Counted from the stretch's first letter, positions 21,201 through 30,806 are shown. The stretch is DNA of 64,000 nucleotides from an uncultured Alphaproteobacteria bacterium (GCA_944389555.1 CALXMU010000002.1:116433-180432); one strand, 5' to 3'. Translations and numbers: made by a program. The notes: generated from the letters alone by a model not told the origin.

Positions 21201-23151
21201 TGGTATAGAACAAGTTTCTGGTTCTATGCAAATAAACGCAAGTGATGTAGATGTTTTGGGTGATATTGATGCCAGTGATTTACGTTTCGCAAAGAATCCT
21301 GCGGATACGTGGATAGACGCTTATGTTAATGGCAGCGTTTCAGGAGGCGTTGATTTCTGGGGAATAAAGCGTTTGGATATAACCGGTAATTATGTATTTA
21401 ATAATGATAGCGATTTGTGGGCCGCTATTATGCCGTATGGCGATGGCAACGGTAATACATCAAATCAGAATTACTGGTCAACGATAGAAGCTACAACAGA
21501 TAATTCCGTTGGTGAAATTACTAATGCTGAAGATGGGGCGGCGTTGATTACAGTTGGTGATCAATTCGTTTCTAATATTACCGGAATTTGGAATAATACA
21601 GCAAGTACAGAACCTCAGGTCGGTATAACGCTGTTTGATACAGTTGACCAAGGTACTGCAATATGGTTGTTACACGCAGAAAACGGTATTAACGTAACAG
21701 ACGAGTTTACTAAATTACGCAATTTGGATGTTCGGTTCTGTAATGCAGACGGTTCTATATGCATAGATTATTTGGATACATTAAATAACCCCGGTTTCGG
21801 TGAATATAATGGGTCAGACGAAGATTTGCCTGTTTATATTTCTGAACGTGATACAGATGGTGATGGGGTCGCAGATAGTTTATACGTTGTATTTGATCCT
21901 GCGTTTGGTGGTCCTGCCGAAATCTTTAAGATTCAGCCGATTGTTGGTGCGACAGTACCGCATACAGAAGGAGAATATGTATCTGCCGGGGCGTTAGATA
22001 ATTTGATTGCAGGTCAATTATTGAATACAAAGTTCTTTAATAGCAACCCAATAGAATTGCTACCGCAAATATTTAAAGGTACGAATTTGTCAGAAATGGC
22101 GAATGAGTTGTACGAACGTATGGAATATTATAATATGACAGGTGAACGCGAACCTTTGGCTAGATTCAGCCGTCTTTTCCAGGCTCGTGAAGTTGAACAA
22201 ATTGCTGGCAGCGTTGTACTTAATGAACATACTAACTTCCGTGATTTTGAAGACCGTATGTTTGATGAGTTTATTTGGAATCGTAACCGTAGTTTGAAAA
22301 AAGCTTGGTTGGACGTAGATTATGGTATGTTCTTCCAGAATGTTTCTGACGGAAAGCACGCTGACGGGCAACGTTTCAGCATTGCTGGTGGTTTTGATTG
22401 GCAAAACTCAGAAACGACAATTTTAGGTTTGACCGCTCGTGTGTCTAATTCTTCAAGTGATAATTCTGACGCGGTTGAGTTAGGCTATTTACCGAATCAG
22501 TCTTTATTGGGAACAGTTGATATGACAGTTGACGACTTAAATATCGGCTTAGGCGGTTACATGATGAAGATATTAGGTGAAAAAACACGTCTATATGGAA
22601 ATGCTTTCTTGGATATACATTTATTTGATATATCTCGTGATCAGACGTTTGTTGACCATATTGACGGCAGCGGAAGCGCGTTCAGTTTAATCAGTGAATG
22701 GGGGTTGATGCACGACTGGTTGAATCAGTATATTGTTGGAAATGCGTATGCTCGGGTTGGGTACAACTTTGGCTTTGATGTAACAGAGCACGCTGCGGGG
22801 CAAGATTATATGAATATGCAATCTGATGGTTATCTGATTTTAACGCCGGGGTATTCATTGATTGCTCAGAAACGTATATATCCTTCTTCATGGTTCCAGA
22901 TGCGTCCGTACGCGTCGGTTGGTGTAGAGTATGATGTTTTGGGCGCACCTGATTACGTAAAGTATAAATTTGCGTTGGCTCATACTTATACGAAATATGA
23001 TGTAGATATTGATCCGTTATGGGCTAATATCGGTGGTGGTATAGAATTCTTGTCTGCAACCGGTATTCAAGTCGGAATAGATTATCGCTATCAGTATAAT
23101 GACGCAATACAGTTACATAACATCAAGGTATCTGGATCGTACAGGTTCTAG
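18256..23151 (+). CDS. Giant autotransporter-type surface protein (signal peptide, repetitive N/G/T/S-rich beta-helix-like passenger, C-terminal beta-barrel ending in F)
   Basis: Start refined to MMKKTIFF. Roughly 1300 aa of degenerate repeats, then a C-terminal translocator-like domain ending ...SGSYRF. Confidence 0.6.
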   Translation: MMKKTIFFMLCLAPLGVQAASYTGGVVTSPSGGTFNDGIDVNNIIIGYQLPEESGGQNDPNTLYAGTQANEAFTLLSGGDISVSNNVEIAAGHHLGLGVPSVPGSPINMTFGSIMANGSFAVEKADLFKVLNNVSIADGFSLQANSVETGAIMVTGGITDIDVSGALSVASFSNSGSGTTAIAADSIDITVGDIENGDLAGNMTITSDGNIDVAGSVYNSNSEMNVSAGGDITVAGVIKNDSDENNEGSMVLSAANLTVSGGNAEEGSFANSGDLTINVKGTTNLEYGFDLSAMGIDNKFSLTTGTLIFGNDTNSDMWLNVFSNKLNQFTLNITNSDLDIASNIINGLMNDDVVNPTYNKNANMSLTGLALSVDGNVSNYGNSLVIKATEIGGNGIEVKGDVVGGVGSTTSIASAALLNVIGDVSNNGSMSLNGTQVQLASASNNGGDLSITSLTNEIGKITIAGDVTNKSGTTNINAKDIEIVGNLTNVDGTTTVKGSDTDGSDMQIGAIAVEGGTVNIDALLGGVNIAGALSVTGDGTLNIDSSTYSVTAAQSIQINGNFNVGGSAAAIGNGDVYVDASGPQNFIMSSTDGALNIDGNVLAEQSGVSYNATLAANTITVGGKVTAVGANNNLTFGTDSSQQLTVNGAVSASNGATIGIVSDDANISSLSVDEDSTLLASGSQITATTGAIDIAGGVWFNASAVSAKPDSGLIVENTNSLTLKSDKAQVEVGGPIALGAGNTLSLESVVSTVSVGGMINTAGTLNINADGASTVLPNVSIAGLNVLNGGVVNIDSAADLLYVGSSAGINVNGNMAQGAQTGALNILADNAKIAGTSLDVTGEYSAVEGSALYEFSDGISFGGNMVVANEADVTFDGETFAAKDINNSGTLNVNVGNGITLSSINNTGTLALDSGTGIINVEEFVSGDLGTITLEGKGFTSASVFDMQNTILYQNYVDALTPGSVNVVANNYVITANQFNTAGIEQVSGSMQINASDVDVLGDIDASDLRFAKNPADTWIDAYVNGSVSGGVDFWGIKRLDITGNYVFNNDSDLWAAIMPYGDGNGNTSNQNYWSTIEATTDNSVGEITNAEDGAALITVGDQFVSNITGIWNNTASTEPQVGITLFDTVDQGTAIWLLHAENGINVTDEFTKLRNLDVRFCNADGSICIDYLDTLNNPGFGEYNGSDEDLPVYISERDTDGDGVADSLYVVFDPAFGGPAEIFKIQPIVGATVPHTEGEYVSAGALDNLIAGQLLNTKFFNSNPIELLPQIFKGTNLSEMANELYERMEYYNMTGEREPLARFSRLFQAREVEQIAGSVVLNEHTNFRDFEDRMFDEFIWNRNRSLKKAWLDVDYGMFFQNVSDGKHADGQRFSIAGGFDWQNSETTILGLTARVSNSSSDNSDAVELGYLPNQSLLGTVDMTVDDLNIGLGGYMMKILGEKTRLYGNAFLDIHLFDISRDQTFVDHIDGSGSAFSLISEWGLMHDWLNQYIVGNAYARVGYNFGFDVTEHAAGQDYMNMQSDGYLILTPGYSLIAQKRIYPSSWFQMRPYASVGVEYDVLGAPDYVKYKFALAHTYTKYDVDIDPLWANIGGGIEFLSATGIQVGIDYRYQYNDAIQLHNIKVSGSYRF

Positions 23152-23153
23152 AA

Positions 23154-23181
23154 AAATCCGCCGTTCGGCGGATTTTATTTT
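23154..23181 (+). terminator. Terminator of the autotransporter gene
   Basis: AAATCCGCCG-ttcg-GCGGATTT followed by a T-run. Confidence 0.6.
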
Positions 23182-23185
23182 ATAA

Positions 23186-23213
23186 TAAAAATCCCGCAAA
23201 ATGCGGGATAGTT
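23186..23213 (-). terminator. Terminator of ssb
   Basis: ATCCCGCA-tttt-GCGGGAT with a T-run on the minus strand. Confidence 0.55.
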
Positions 23214-23215
23214 TA

Positions 23216-23683
23216 TTAAAATGGAATATCGTCTCCAATATCTGCAACGGATATTTCTTCACGTGGTTGCGAAGACGAGGCAGAAGAGGCCGCACTGTAA
23301 TCGCTACCAGAAGATGCACCGTCTAGGCTTTTAGCGCCAGCCAAAATAATCATCTGACCTGCAAACTGATTCAAAACAACTTCGGTCGTAAAGACGTCTA
23401 CGCCTTGTTGGTTTTGCCATTTACGCGTACGTAAAGACCCTTCTAGATATAACTTTGTACCTTTTTGTAACATACGTTCGGCAACATCTACTAGGTTAGA
23501 ATTAAATATTACAACGCGATGCCATTCTGTTTGTTCTTTTTGTTCGCCGGTTTGTCTGTCACGCCAACGATCTGATGTAGCCAGAGAAAAACTTACTACT
23601 TTTTGACCGTTTTGCATTGTACGAACTTGTGGGTCTTGTCCCACGTTACCGACTAGAATTACTTTATTTATGCTGCCTGCCAT
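23216..23683 (-). CDS. ssb: Single-stranded DNA-binding protein
   Basis: OB-fold N-terminus, Gly/Ser-rich linker and a C-terminal DDIPF. Confidence 0.85.
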   Translation of the reverse strand: MAGSINKVILVGNVGQDPQVRTMQNGQKVVSFSLATSDRWRDRQTGEQKEQTEWHRVVIFNSNLVDVAERMLQKGTKLYLEGSLRTRKWQNQQGVDVFTTEVVLNQFAGQMIILAGAKSLDGASSGSDYSAASSASSSQPREEISVADIGDDIPF

Positions 23684-23781
23684 CGTAACGTCCTTTTTGT
23701 TATTATATATATAATTTGAGCAATAAAACCCACAAAAATCAAGAAAAAACAGTTGTAGAATAATTGAGAACTTGCCAGTGC

Positions 23782-23810
23782 TTGACTTTTTGTCAAAAAA
23801 ATTATATAAT
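23782..23810 (+). promoter_or_regulatory. Sigma70-like promoter upstream of rho (TTGACT, 17 bp spacer, TATAAT)
   Basis: Near-consensus hexamers. The -35 lies within the inverted repeat TTGAC-tttt-GTCAA. The leader before the rho ATG is about 65 nt. Confidence 0.45.
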
Positions 23811-23874
23811 AATATGGTCTAATAAAGGGATGGCGAGGTCTCGCATATGTCCCATTTCCAAAAGAGGTTTATTC

Positions 23875-25143
23875 ATGCATATAAATGAGTTGAAGGCAAA
23901 ATCGCCACAACAATTATTAAAAATGGCCGAAGATATGGGCATTGAAAACCCAGCGCAATTGAATGTTCAACAGTTGCGGTTTGCTGTTATGCGCGTGTTT
24001 GCGGCAGATAATAAAATTACTTTAATCGGTGACGGCGTTCTGGAACGTATGTCAGATGGTTTCGGTTTTTTACGCGCACCGGAAAGTAATTATTTGGCGG
24101 GACCAGATGATTTATATGTATCACCGGCGTTGATAAAAAAGTATGGACTGAAAACAGGGGATTATATTGAGGGGCAAATACAGGCACCGCAAAATGAATC
24201 AGAACGTTATTTTGCTTTGGAAACTATAGAACGTGTAAATGGGGGCGACCCCGATAAATTGCGTCATCGGGTATCGTTTGATGATATGACGCCTCTATAT
24301 CCAGACGAAATGTTAAAGATGGAGGTCGTTGACGATAAAGATAAAGGTCGAAGTCTGTCTGCGCGCGTAATTGATTTGATTGCGCCAACTGGTAAAGGAC
24401 AGCGCAGTCTGATTGTTGCACCTCCTCGTACAGGTAAGACGGTAATGCTACAGAATATCGCACATTCTATTGCTACTAATTACCCAGATGTAAAATTGAT
24501 AGTTCTGCTGATTGATGAACGACCAGAAGAAGTTACGGATATGCAACGTAGCGTGAAGGGCGAGGTAATATCGTCAACTTTTGATGAACCTGCGTCTCGT
24601 CATATCCAAGTTGCTGAAATGGTCATAGAGAAAGCAAAGCGTTTGGTTGAAGCCGGACAAGATGTAGTAATCTTGTTAGATTCTATTACTCGTTTAGGGC
24701 GTGCGTATAATACGGTTGTTCCAAGTAGTGGTAAGGTTTTGACGGGTGGTGTTGACGCATATGCGTTGCAACGCCCAAAACGTTTCTTTGGTGCCGCCAG
24801 AAATATAGAAGGTGGTGGTTCTTTGACTATAATAGCGACCGCCTTGGTTGATACGGGTTCTAAGATGGACGAAGTAATTTTTGAAGAGTTCAAAGGAACT
24901 GGTAATAGTGAAATCATCTTAGATAGAAAACTATCTGATAAGCGCGTTTATCCGGCGATTGATATTACAAAGTCCGGTACTCGTAAAGAAGATTTATTAG
25001 TCGGGAAGGATACGTTATCAAAAATGTACGTATTGCGTCGCATAATAAATCCAATGGGTACTTTGGAGGCAATGGAGTTCTTATTGGATAAGTTACGTTT
25101 AACTAAAACGAACGATGATTTCTTTTCGTCTATGAATCAATAA
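23875..25143 (+). CDS. rho: Transcription termination factor Rho
   Basis: N-terminal RNA-binding domain, Walker A APPRTGKT and the RecA-like core. Start refined to MHINELK. Confidence 0.9.
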   Translation: MHINELKAKSPQQLLKMAEDMGIENPAQLNVQQLRFAVMRVFAADNKITLIGDGVLERMSDGFGFLRAPESNYLAGPDDLYVSPALIKKYGLKTGDYIEGQIQAPQNESERYFALETIERVNGGDPDKLRHRVSFDDMTPLYPDEMLKMEVVDDKDKGRSLSARVIDLIAPTGKGQRSLIVAPPRTGKTVMLQNIAHSIATNYPDVKLIVLLIDERPEEVTDMQRSVKGEVISSTFDEPASRHIQVAEMVIEKAKRLVEAGQDVVILLDSITRLGRAYNTVVPSSGKVLTGGVDAYALQRPKRFFGAARNIEGGGSLTIIATALVDTGSKMDEVIFEEFKGTGNSEIILDRKLSDKRVYPAIDITKSGTRKEDLLVGKDTLSKMYVLRRIINPMGTLEAMEFLLDKLRLTKTNDDFFSSMNQ

Positions 25144-25218
25144 CATCGTTAATTTGATTAACAAAAACCGTGCATTTTTTATATATGTGCGGTTTTTTTA
25201 TTTTTAGGGTCTTTTACA

Positions 25219-25443
25219 ATGAAAATATATGGATATATTTTTATATTATTAGTGATAGGTTTGGCTTATTTCGCGGGGGGGCAGACGGAAAAACAAAAAT
25301 GTGATTCTCGGATTGCAGAAATAAACAACGTAAAACAATCAGAAATTATTAAAGTAATGGGAGAGGTAAATGAAAAAACTTTTAATACTGGTGTGCGTGA
25401 TATTCGTAACTTCTTGCACGAACACTACACAATTGCAGACTAA
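25219..25443 (+). CDS. Small hypothetical membrane-anchored protein (74 aa)
   Basis: N-terminal hydrophobic segment. Overlaps the next ORF in another frame. Weak call. Confidence 0.2.
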   Translation: MKIYGYIFILLVIGLAYFAGGQTEKQKCDSRIAEINNVKQSEIIKVMGEVNEKTFNTGVRDIRNFLHEHYTIAD

Positions 25444-25561
25444 GCCTTGCCCACCGTGCTTGCCGATTTATGGGCAAGAAAGTGATTGGAATCTTATCAG
25501 TGATGATTTGGCCAGAAATATTTATCGTCATAATTTGCTATGTAAAGAAACCGCTTTATAA
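25370..25561 (+). CDS. Small Cys-rich lipoprotein (63 aa)
   Basis: Lipobox VTSC followed by a CPPC motif. Weak call. Confidence 0.3.
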   Translation: MKKLLILVCVIFVTSCTNTTQLQTKPCPPCLPIYGQESDWNLISDDLARNIYRHNLLCKETAL

Positions 25562-25573
25562 AGCGGTTTCTTT
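25546..25573. terminator. Perfect 28-bp palindromic bidirectional terminator
   Basis: AAGAAACCGCTTTA|TAAAGCGGTTTCTT lies between convergent genes. Confidence 0.6.
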
Positions 25574-26412
25574 TATTCGTTTGCAACTATTCCGATAAGT
25601 TTTTTTACTATGTTTGCACTTTGTTCATCGCCAGACGGAGAATATTCTACAAATTCGAAACTATGAGCGTTCGGTGCAAATCTTTGTACAAAATATTCAG
25701 CCGCGTCTAGACTTATACCGTTCGCTTCTGGAACTAATACATCTTTGAATAGTGACGGATCTATCGCGTCAAAGTCAAATGACACAACGTAAGGTTTGCT
25801 TCCTATTTTTCTTAGCACTTCATCAGCGGTTCTTTTCCATGTTTCAGGCATTTGCAATTCTTCGGCGCTACGCATATAAATATTTTTATTACTGACGTAT
25901 CTAATTTCTGACGGTTCATAAGAACGACTGCCAAGATAAAATAAGTTTTCTGATTGTAGAGCAGGGTGACGTTTTTGTAATGATAACCAACGAGCATCCC
26001 CTTCACCAAGTAATGCACGAACGTTCGTCCCATGTGGTGCACCAGAGGCTTCCGCTTTTGATGATTCTGGTGTGTGTATATCTAAATGCGCGTCTATATA
26101 TATTAGACATAAATCTTCTTTTGGTAATCGGTCGACTAGTGCCGAAAAGTGACCAAAGTTTACAGAATGGTCACCGCCAATCATTATATGTGGTTCTTGC
26201 GGTGTAGAGGCAAAAATTTTCTTTTGAATTAAGAAATTTTCACCGAAACGGTCTTTGGCGCAAAGTTCTGCGTCGTACGGATCCGCTTTAACCATCGTCC
26301 AATTTGCGCTTGGATACATTTGCTTTACTGCATCAGGCGCCAAAGCCGGCCCCTGAGTAACAATAGCGGCCGTGGCACCACGACCGTATTCTATACCCAT
26401 CATAGGTTTCAT
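25573..26412 (-). CDS. Arginase/agmatinase/formiminoglutamase-family ureohydrolase
   Basis: Metal-binding motifs GGDHS, DAHLD and SFDFDAIDP. Confidence 0.75.
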   Translation of the reverse strand: MKPMMGIEYGRGATAAIVTQGPALAPDAVKQMYPSANWTMVKADPYDAELCAKDRFGENFLIQKKIFASTPQEPHIMIGGDHSVNFGHFSALVDRLPKEDLCLIYIDAHLDIHTPESSKAEASGAPHGTNVRALLGEGDARWLSLQKRHPALQSENLFYLGSRSYEPSEIRYVSNKNIYMRSAEELQMPETWKRTADEVLRKIGSKPYVVSFDFDAIDPSLFKDVLVPEANGISLDAAEYFVQRFAPNAHSFEFVEYSPSGDEQSANIVKKLIGIVANE

Positions 26413-27494
26413 TTATAAGACTCCACTATACTTTCGGCTGCATTTTTTAACCGCTGCAATGAAGTTTCGTATGTTGCACAATCGCGTGCAATTTCCGAGC
26501 GGTATGCGTCACGTAAATTAGTTTGCATATATGCACAATTTTTTAAATGTTGAACACAATATGAATGACCTGTTGCAAAAGCCTGCTGCCCACGAACTTG
26601 ACTTTCCGTTCCGGACCAATCTATGTTTAGAGCATCGTCTAGGTTAGCCCAAGAATTATCGCCGGTATATTGACCGATTTTATCCATCCAATATTCTTCC
26701 ATTTCTTCGTCTGTCCAATAATTTTTATTTTTTAGTGTTAAAATTTCTTTAATCAACCGGTCTATTTCAGGTTTATATTGAGCGTCTATTTGGGCCAATT
26801 TAGCACTGCAATAGCAACGATTATATTCTGTATCTTCGCGTTCGCAATAGTCATTCATACATTGTACATAATCAGCCATACAGCGGGCGGAAGAAACGGC
26901 ACTATCTGTGGTTGTGTATGTGGCTGTACTAGATTGACGTACAGTGGATAGTGTTCCGTCGCCGCGTGAAGTTCTGGATGTTGCCACGGGTTGCATCGCC
27001 GATGTGCTTGTGCCGGAACGTGCCACGACTTGCCGAGTTGAACTTGTAGTGCTTGGGGTACTTGCGACGCGTGCGGTACTTGCAGATACCGTAGAACTGT
27101 TGCTACGTGGAGAAACTCTTCGTGTTGATGATGTGTTTGTTTGAGTATTCGCTGCTCTGACCGTTGCAGAATTTATTGCGGACGTTGAAGTGGCGGCGCG
27201 AGCGGTATTTGAGTTAGCAGATGTAGATTTGCGCGCGACGACATTTCTTGTCGGGGTATTATTTGTTGTCTTTGTGCGAGCCAGAACATTTATTTGAGCG
27301 CTTGATTGAGAAGGTGTGACGCCTGGGTTCAGATTAGTACGCATAGTGTTATTCATATATGGGTATAAGTTATTATATGTATTTTCGCTTACATAATCAG
27401 ACGCCGCAGAACGTGCGGTAACGGCGGTCGCTGCACCTGGTATTGAGGCGACCAAAACGAGTAATAAAGAATAAACAGCTGTATTTTTTAACAT
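26409..27494 (-). CDS. Secreted protein with a ~150-aa Ser/Thr/Ala-rich low-complexity region and a Cys-containing C-terminal domain
   Basis: Signal peptide, STARVASTPSTTSSTRQ-type repeats and the C-terminal CMADYVQCMNDYCERED...CYC. Its stop overlaps the arginase-family start in the form ATGA. Confidence 0.5.
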   Translation of the reverse strand: MLKNTAVYSLLLVLVASIPGAATAVTARSAASDYVSENTYNNLYPYMNNTMRTNLNPGVTPSQSSAQINVLARTKTTNNTPTRNVVARKSTSANSNTARAATSTSAINSATVRAANTQTNTSSTRRVSPRSNSSTVSASTARVASTPSTTSSTRQVVARSGTSTSAMQPVATSRTSRGDGTLSTVRQSSTATYTTTDSAVSSARCMADYVQCMNDYCEREDTEYNRCYCSAKLAQIDAQYKPEIDRLIKEILTLKNKNYWTDEEMEEYWMDKIGQYTGDNSWANLDDALNIDWSGTESQVRGQQAFATGHSYCVQHLKNCAYMQTNLRDAYRSEIARDCATYETSLQRLKNAAESIVESYK

Positions 27495-27552
27495 ATGTTT
27501 ATATTGTAAGAAGTTTCGTCTAACTAGACAAGCACAAAATGTATATAAAAAT

Positions 27553-27580
27553 TTGCATTTATTAAAAATGCTGTTATAAT
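27553..27580 (+). promoter_or_regulatory. Sigma70-like promoter of tRNA-Pro (TTGCAT, 16 bp spacer, TATAAT)
   Basis: The -10 element ends 11 bp before the mature 5' end of the tRNA. Confidence 0.45.
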
Positions 27581-27591
27581 AGAGGTCGTTT

Positions 27592-27668
27592 CGGGGTGTA
27601 GCTCAGTCTGGTAGAGTGCTTGCTTTGGGAGCAAGATGTCGAAGGTTCGAATCCTTTCGCCCCGACCA
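27592..27668 (+). tRNA. tRNA-Pro (anticodon TGG), with CCA encoded
   Basis: Manually folded cloverleaf. Acceptor CGGGGTG/CGCCCCG, D-stem GCTC/GAGT, anticodon stem CTTGC/GCAAG with loop TTTGGGA, T-arm GAAGG-TTCGAAT-CCTTT. Confidence 0.85.
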
Positions 27669-27680
27669 TTAGAATTCCAA

Positions 27681-27704
27681 GTCGCGCAGTGTCGCGACTT
27701 TTTT
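27681..27704 (+). terminator. Terminator after tRNA-Pro
   Basis: GTCGCG-cagtgt-CGCGAC followed by T6. Confidence 0.6.
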
Positions 27705-27888
27705 CGTGTGTCCGCCGCTACCTGCGGGCCTGACGGCTCATGATTGACTCTGGTATTCCGACAATATACGCAAATCCGCCCATAATATCCCGGAATGTAT
27801 ACAATACCCATTTTCGCGGAGTCAATGGGGTTGAAAATTTATGCTATTTTTCTTATATTCCCAGTGAGAAAAAACAAAGGAAAGTCAA

Positions 27889-28659
27889 ATGGATTTAAAA
27901 TCGAAAAAGATTAGTTTTTACGCATTAATTATTGTCGCTTTGGAGCTAATTTTGTTCGGCTTACTTCATAGTTCTAAAATAGCGGTTTTAGCTCAAAGTA
28001 TTGGTGTAAGTATTTTTGCTGCATATATTTTCTATTTTGTTACGATATATGTACCAGCAGAGAAGAAAAAGAAACAAGCAAATAATATTTTACATAGTCC
28101 TATGACAAATGTAAATTCGCATATGGAAAAAATATTAGCTATATTTAATGGGCTTCTAACGGTTACAAAAGATAATACTATCGCGTGCAAAGATGACAGT
28201 ATCGCAAATACCCAAAAAAAAATTTATTTTAAAATAGATAACTTGTTATATTCAGAAAACATATCATCTTTTATAGCCCACAATGTACGTTTATTAAAGA
28301 AAAATATAGATAAAATTGTAGGGAACAGGTGTTTTTATAATTTGGATGAAGAGGTTATAGATAATATATTACGGTTGCAATCTTCTGATTTTTTAATGCA
28401 TTTGGAACATATGCAACTACAAAGAACAGATGATATAAAAATACACTATGGTGATTTATACAAAGACTTTAAAGAATTTAAACAAATATATGTATCTTTG
28501 GCACGAACTAATATTTTGCCAAAAATAGAAATGATGACAGAACAAGAGCGGAAACATTATAATGTGATTGTGCCGGAACTTATTATGAGATCTCAAAGTC
28601 CTGAAATGTCAAAAGTCAGCGCAATCATCCTAAACAATGTGTGTTATATTCCGAAATGA
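27889..28659 (+). CDS. Island hypothetical protein with two N-terminal TM helices
   Basis: Low GC. Its 3' end overlaps the convergent recombinase gene by 35 bp. Confidence 0.4.
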   Translation: MDLKSKKISFYALIIVALELILFGLLHSSKIAVLAQSIGVSIFAAYIFYFVTIYVPAEKKKKQANNILHSPMTNVNSHMEKILAIFNGLLTVTKDNTIACKDDSIANTQKKIYFKIDNLLYSENISSFIAHNVRLLKKNIDKIVGNRCFYNLDEEVIDNILRLQSSDFLMHLEHMQLQRTDDIKIHYGDLYKDFKEFKQIYVSLARTNILPKIEMMTEQERKHYNVIVPELIMRSQSPEMSKVSAIILNNVCYIPK

Positions 28660-30280
28660 CTTTAAACTCCTGTTCCTGGTCGGCGAAATCCTCGTACTTA
28701 CTTGCAATTTGGAATAATGTTTGCAGGTTGATGTGGGGTGGAATTTTGCTGTCCATGATGTCGTTGATAATCCGTGGCGACAGGTATGCCAGATTCAGGT
28801 ATTTATAAATCGTGCGTTGGTCGCGGTTTTCTGTGGTGGCAAGCGCTTTGACACCAATACCGCTTTCATAGGCTTTCTTGTATTTCCAACCATACGCCAA
28901 GGCTTTGATAAGCATGGTTGCATTCTCTGTTTTTGTTAATAAATCCCGACTACATCCAGCGTTTCTGTGATTTATGCAGGTATGGCTGGACAGATAGACA
29001 ACCTGTTCAATAATAACCTGCTTGCTATCGGGACTTGTGCAATATTCCATTGGGATGGCGTTTGTGTTTATATAGCCGTCTTTTCTGAATACGCCCAATT
29101 TATCCAGGTCTGCAATATTTATGAAAATTGTCAGTTTGTGTTCGTGGTACACAATTCGGTCAATTAGCGCGTGGGCCAATTCATCGCTATATTCCAGTTG
29201 TTTTAATGATAGTCGCGTTGTATCTAGCAACGCACCCATATCAGAGTTTAAAAAGTCCCGAACATTATTACAAATGATTGCGTCCAAATCCCCAGCCGGC
29301 AGAGATGTTGTTTCGCATTTGTAGTATTTATATTGCCGTAATCCCTTGTTTCCAGTTTTATTTTTGAACATTGCACCATCGGCGGTATATATCATGTTGT
29401 GAAACAATAATCCGCCGCGGCAATAACTGGCGCGCCCTTTATGATGATTATTGTCGGTCAGTTTTTGCTGTACGGCGTCAAACAGTTCCTGGGTAATAAT
29501 TGCGGGATGTTGGCCATCAAAGACTTCCCCAGTCGATTTATTTGGCAATTTGCCCAGATAAATTTGATTTTTCAAAATCCGTTCAATGATATTTGCGGTC
29601 ATTTCCCGGCCGCCACGTGTTTCGCCTTTACTGGTCGTCCATTGCTTGCCATGAATCCCAAGGGCCGCAATGCGATCCCGGCAATCTAATAAACTGTGGC
29701 TGGCCAGGTATGTATTGAATATCTTATTTACAGTTTCCCGTTCCGTTTCGTTTACAATCAGTTTTCCAAATTGTATGTCATAGCCCAATGGCGGCACGCC
29801 ACCAACCCATAATCCTTTGGACTTGGTCGCACGCATTTTGTCACGGACGCGTTCACTGGCAACCTCGCGTTCAAACTCTGCAAACGATAGCAGCATATTT
29901 AGCGTCAATTTACCCATTGCAGTACTGGTATCAAAACTTTGTGTAATGCTGACCAGGTTGCAATCGTGTGGTTCAAAATCCTCTTTCATCATGCGCTTAA
30001 AATCATAAATACTGCGCGACAGGCGGTCTATTTTATAAACCAGCACGCAATTTATTTTGCCATCCCGCATATCGTCCAACATTTCTTGCAGACCGGGTCG
30101 GGCCATAGTACCGCCGGAAATGGCCGCATCAGAATATGTTTTTACGTATTCCCAGCCTTGGAAAGCCTGTGACGCGATATAGGATTTACAGGCCAGTTCC
30201 TGGTTATCCAGTGAATTAAACTCCATATCCAGTCCACGTTCTGACGATTTGCGTACGTATATAGCACATTGTATTTTCAT
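28625..30280 (-). CDS. Large serine recombinase (resolvase/invertase catalytic domain plus recombinase and zinc-ribbon-like C-terminal domains)
   Basis: AIYVRKSS (catalytic Ser), ...VLVYKIDRLSRS... and ...GGVPPLGYD; about 551 aa. Start refined to MKIQCAIY. Confidence 0.8.
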   Translation of the reverse strand: MKIQCAIYVRKSSERGLDMEFNSLDNQELACKSYIASQAFQGWEYVKTYSDAAISGGTMARPGLQEMLDDMRDGKINCVLVYKIDRLSRSIYDFKRMMKEDFEPHDCNLVSITQSFDTSTAMGKLTLNMLLSFAEFEREVASERVRDKMRATKSKGLWVGGVPPLGYDIQFGKLIVNETERETVNKIFNTYLASHSLLDCRDRIAALGIHGKQWTTSKGETRGGREMTANIIERILKNQIYLGKLPNKSTGEVFDGQHPAIITQELFDAVQQKLTDNNHHKGRASYCRGGLLFHNMIYTADGAMFKNKTGNKGLRQYKYYKCETTSLPAGDLDAIICNNVRDFLNSDMGALLDTTRLSLKQLEYSDELAHALIDRIVYHEHKLTIFINIADLDKLGVFRKDGYINTNAIPMEYCTSPDSKQVIIEQVVYLSSHTCINHRNAGCSRDLLTKTENATMLIKALAYGWKYKKAYESGIGVKALATTENRDQRTIYKYLNLAYLSPRIINDIMDSKIPPHINLQTLFQIASKYEDFADQEQEFKVISEYNTHCLG

Positions 30281-30398
30281 TGTTTTTACCTCTTTGCGTG
30301 TGTGCATTAGTGCTTACAAAACAATGTAAGTCCAGTGGTTTATTAGACTTGACTTATGGGGCTTTGCGAGCGGTAATTGCAACAAAAAAGGATGTAAA

Positions 30399-30806
30399 AT
30401 GAATGAATTAAAACAAATGTCGCCGGATAAATTGCGGGAACTTTGGCGACTATATTTTCAAAATGAAGCCCGACCACAATTGCGCCCACTGTGGTATAAA
30501 ATTCAATGTGCGCGCACTGGGCAAAAAATTGAGCAACGGCATTTAACACGATTGAATAAGTATGCGGCATCGCCGGAATTATGCACATCGCGGGCAAATC
30601 AAACGAAATATCGAATAAAGCCTGGCACACGCATGATAAAGAAATACAAAGGGCGCGAATATACCATTGAAGCACTGGGCAATGACACTTTCCGATATAA
30701 TGGGGCGATTTATAAAACCCTGTCCGCCATCGCGATGACCATCACAGGTCATAAAGTATCGGGTTATGATTTCTTTGGTCTTTATACAAAAAGGAGCAAA
30801 GAATGA
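30399..30806 (+). CDS. Small basic protein, DUF2924-like serine-recombinase companion
   Basis: 135 aa. Its stop overlaps the ATG of the downstream recombinase fragment in the form ATGA. Family assignment is from memory of the DUF2924 / recombinase gene pairing. Confidence 0.4.
   Translation: MNELKQMSPDKLRELWRLYFQNEARPQLRPLWYKIQCARTGQKIEQRHLTRLNKYAASPELCTSRANQTKYRIKPGTRMIKKYKGREYTIEALGNDTFRYNGAIYKTLSAIAMTITGHKVSGYDFFGLYTKRSKE

Noticed and set aside
27524-27811. A 95-aa minus-strand ORF
   Set aside because: It overlaps tRNA-Pro and its terminator, so it is a spurious ORF.
28721-30172. Plus-strand ORFs of 60-80 aa opposite the serine recombinase
   Set aside because: They are antisense frames within a well-supported CDS.
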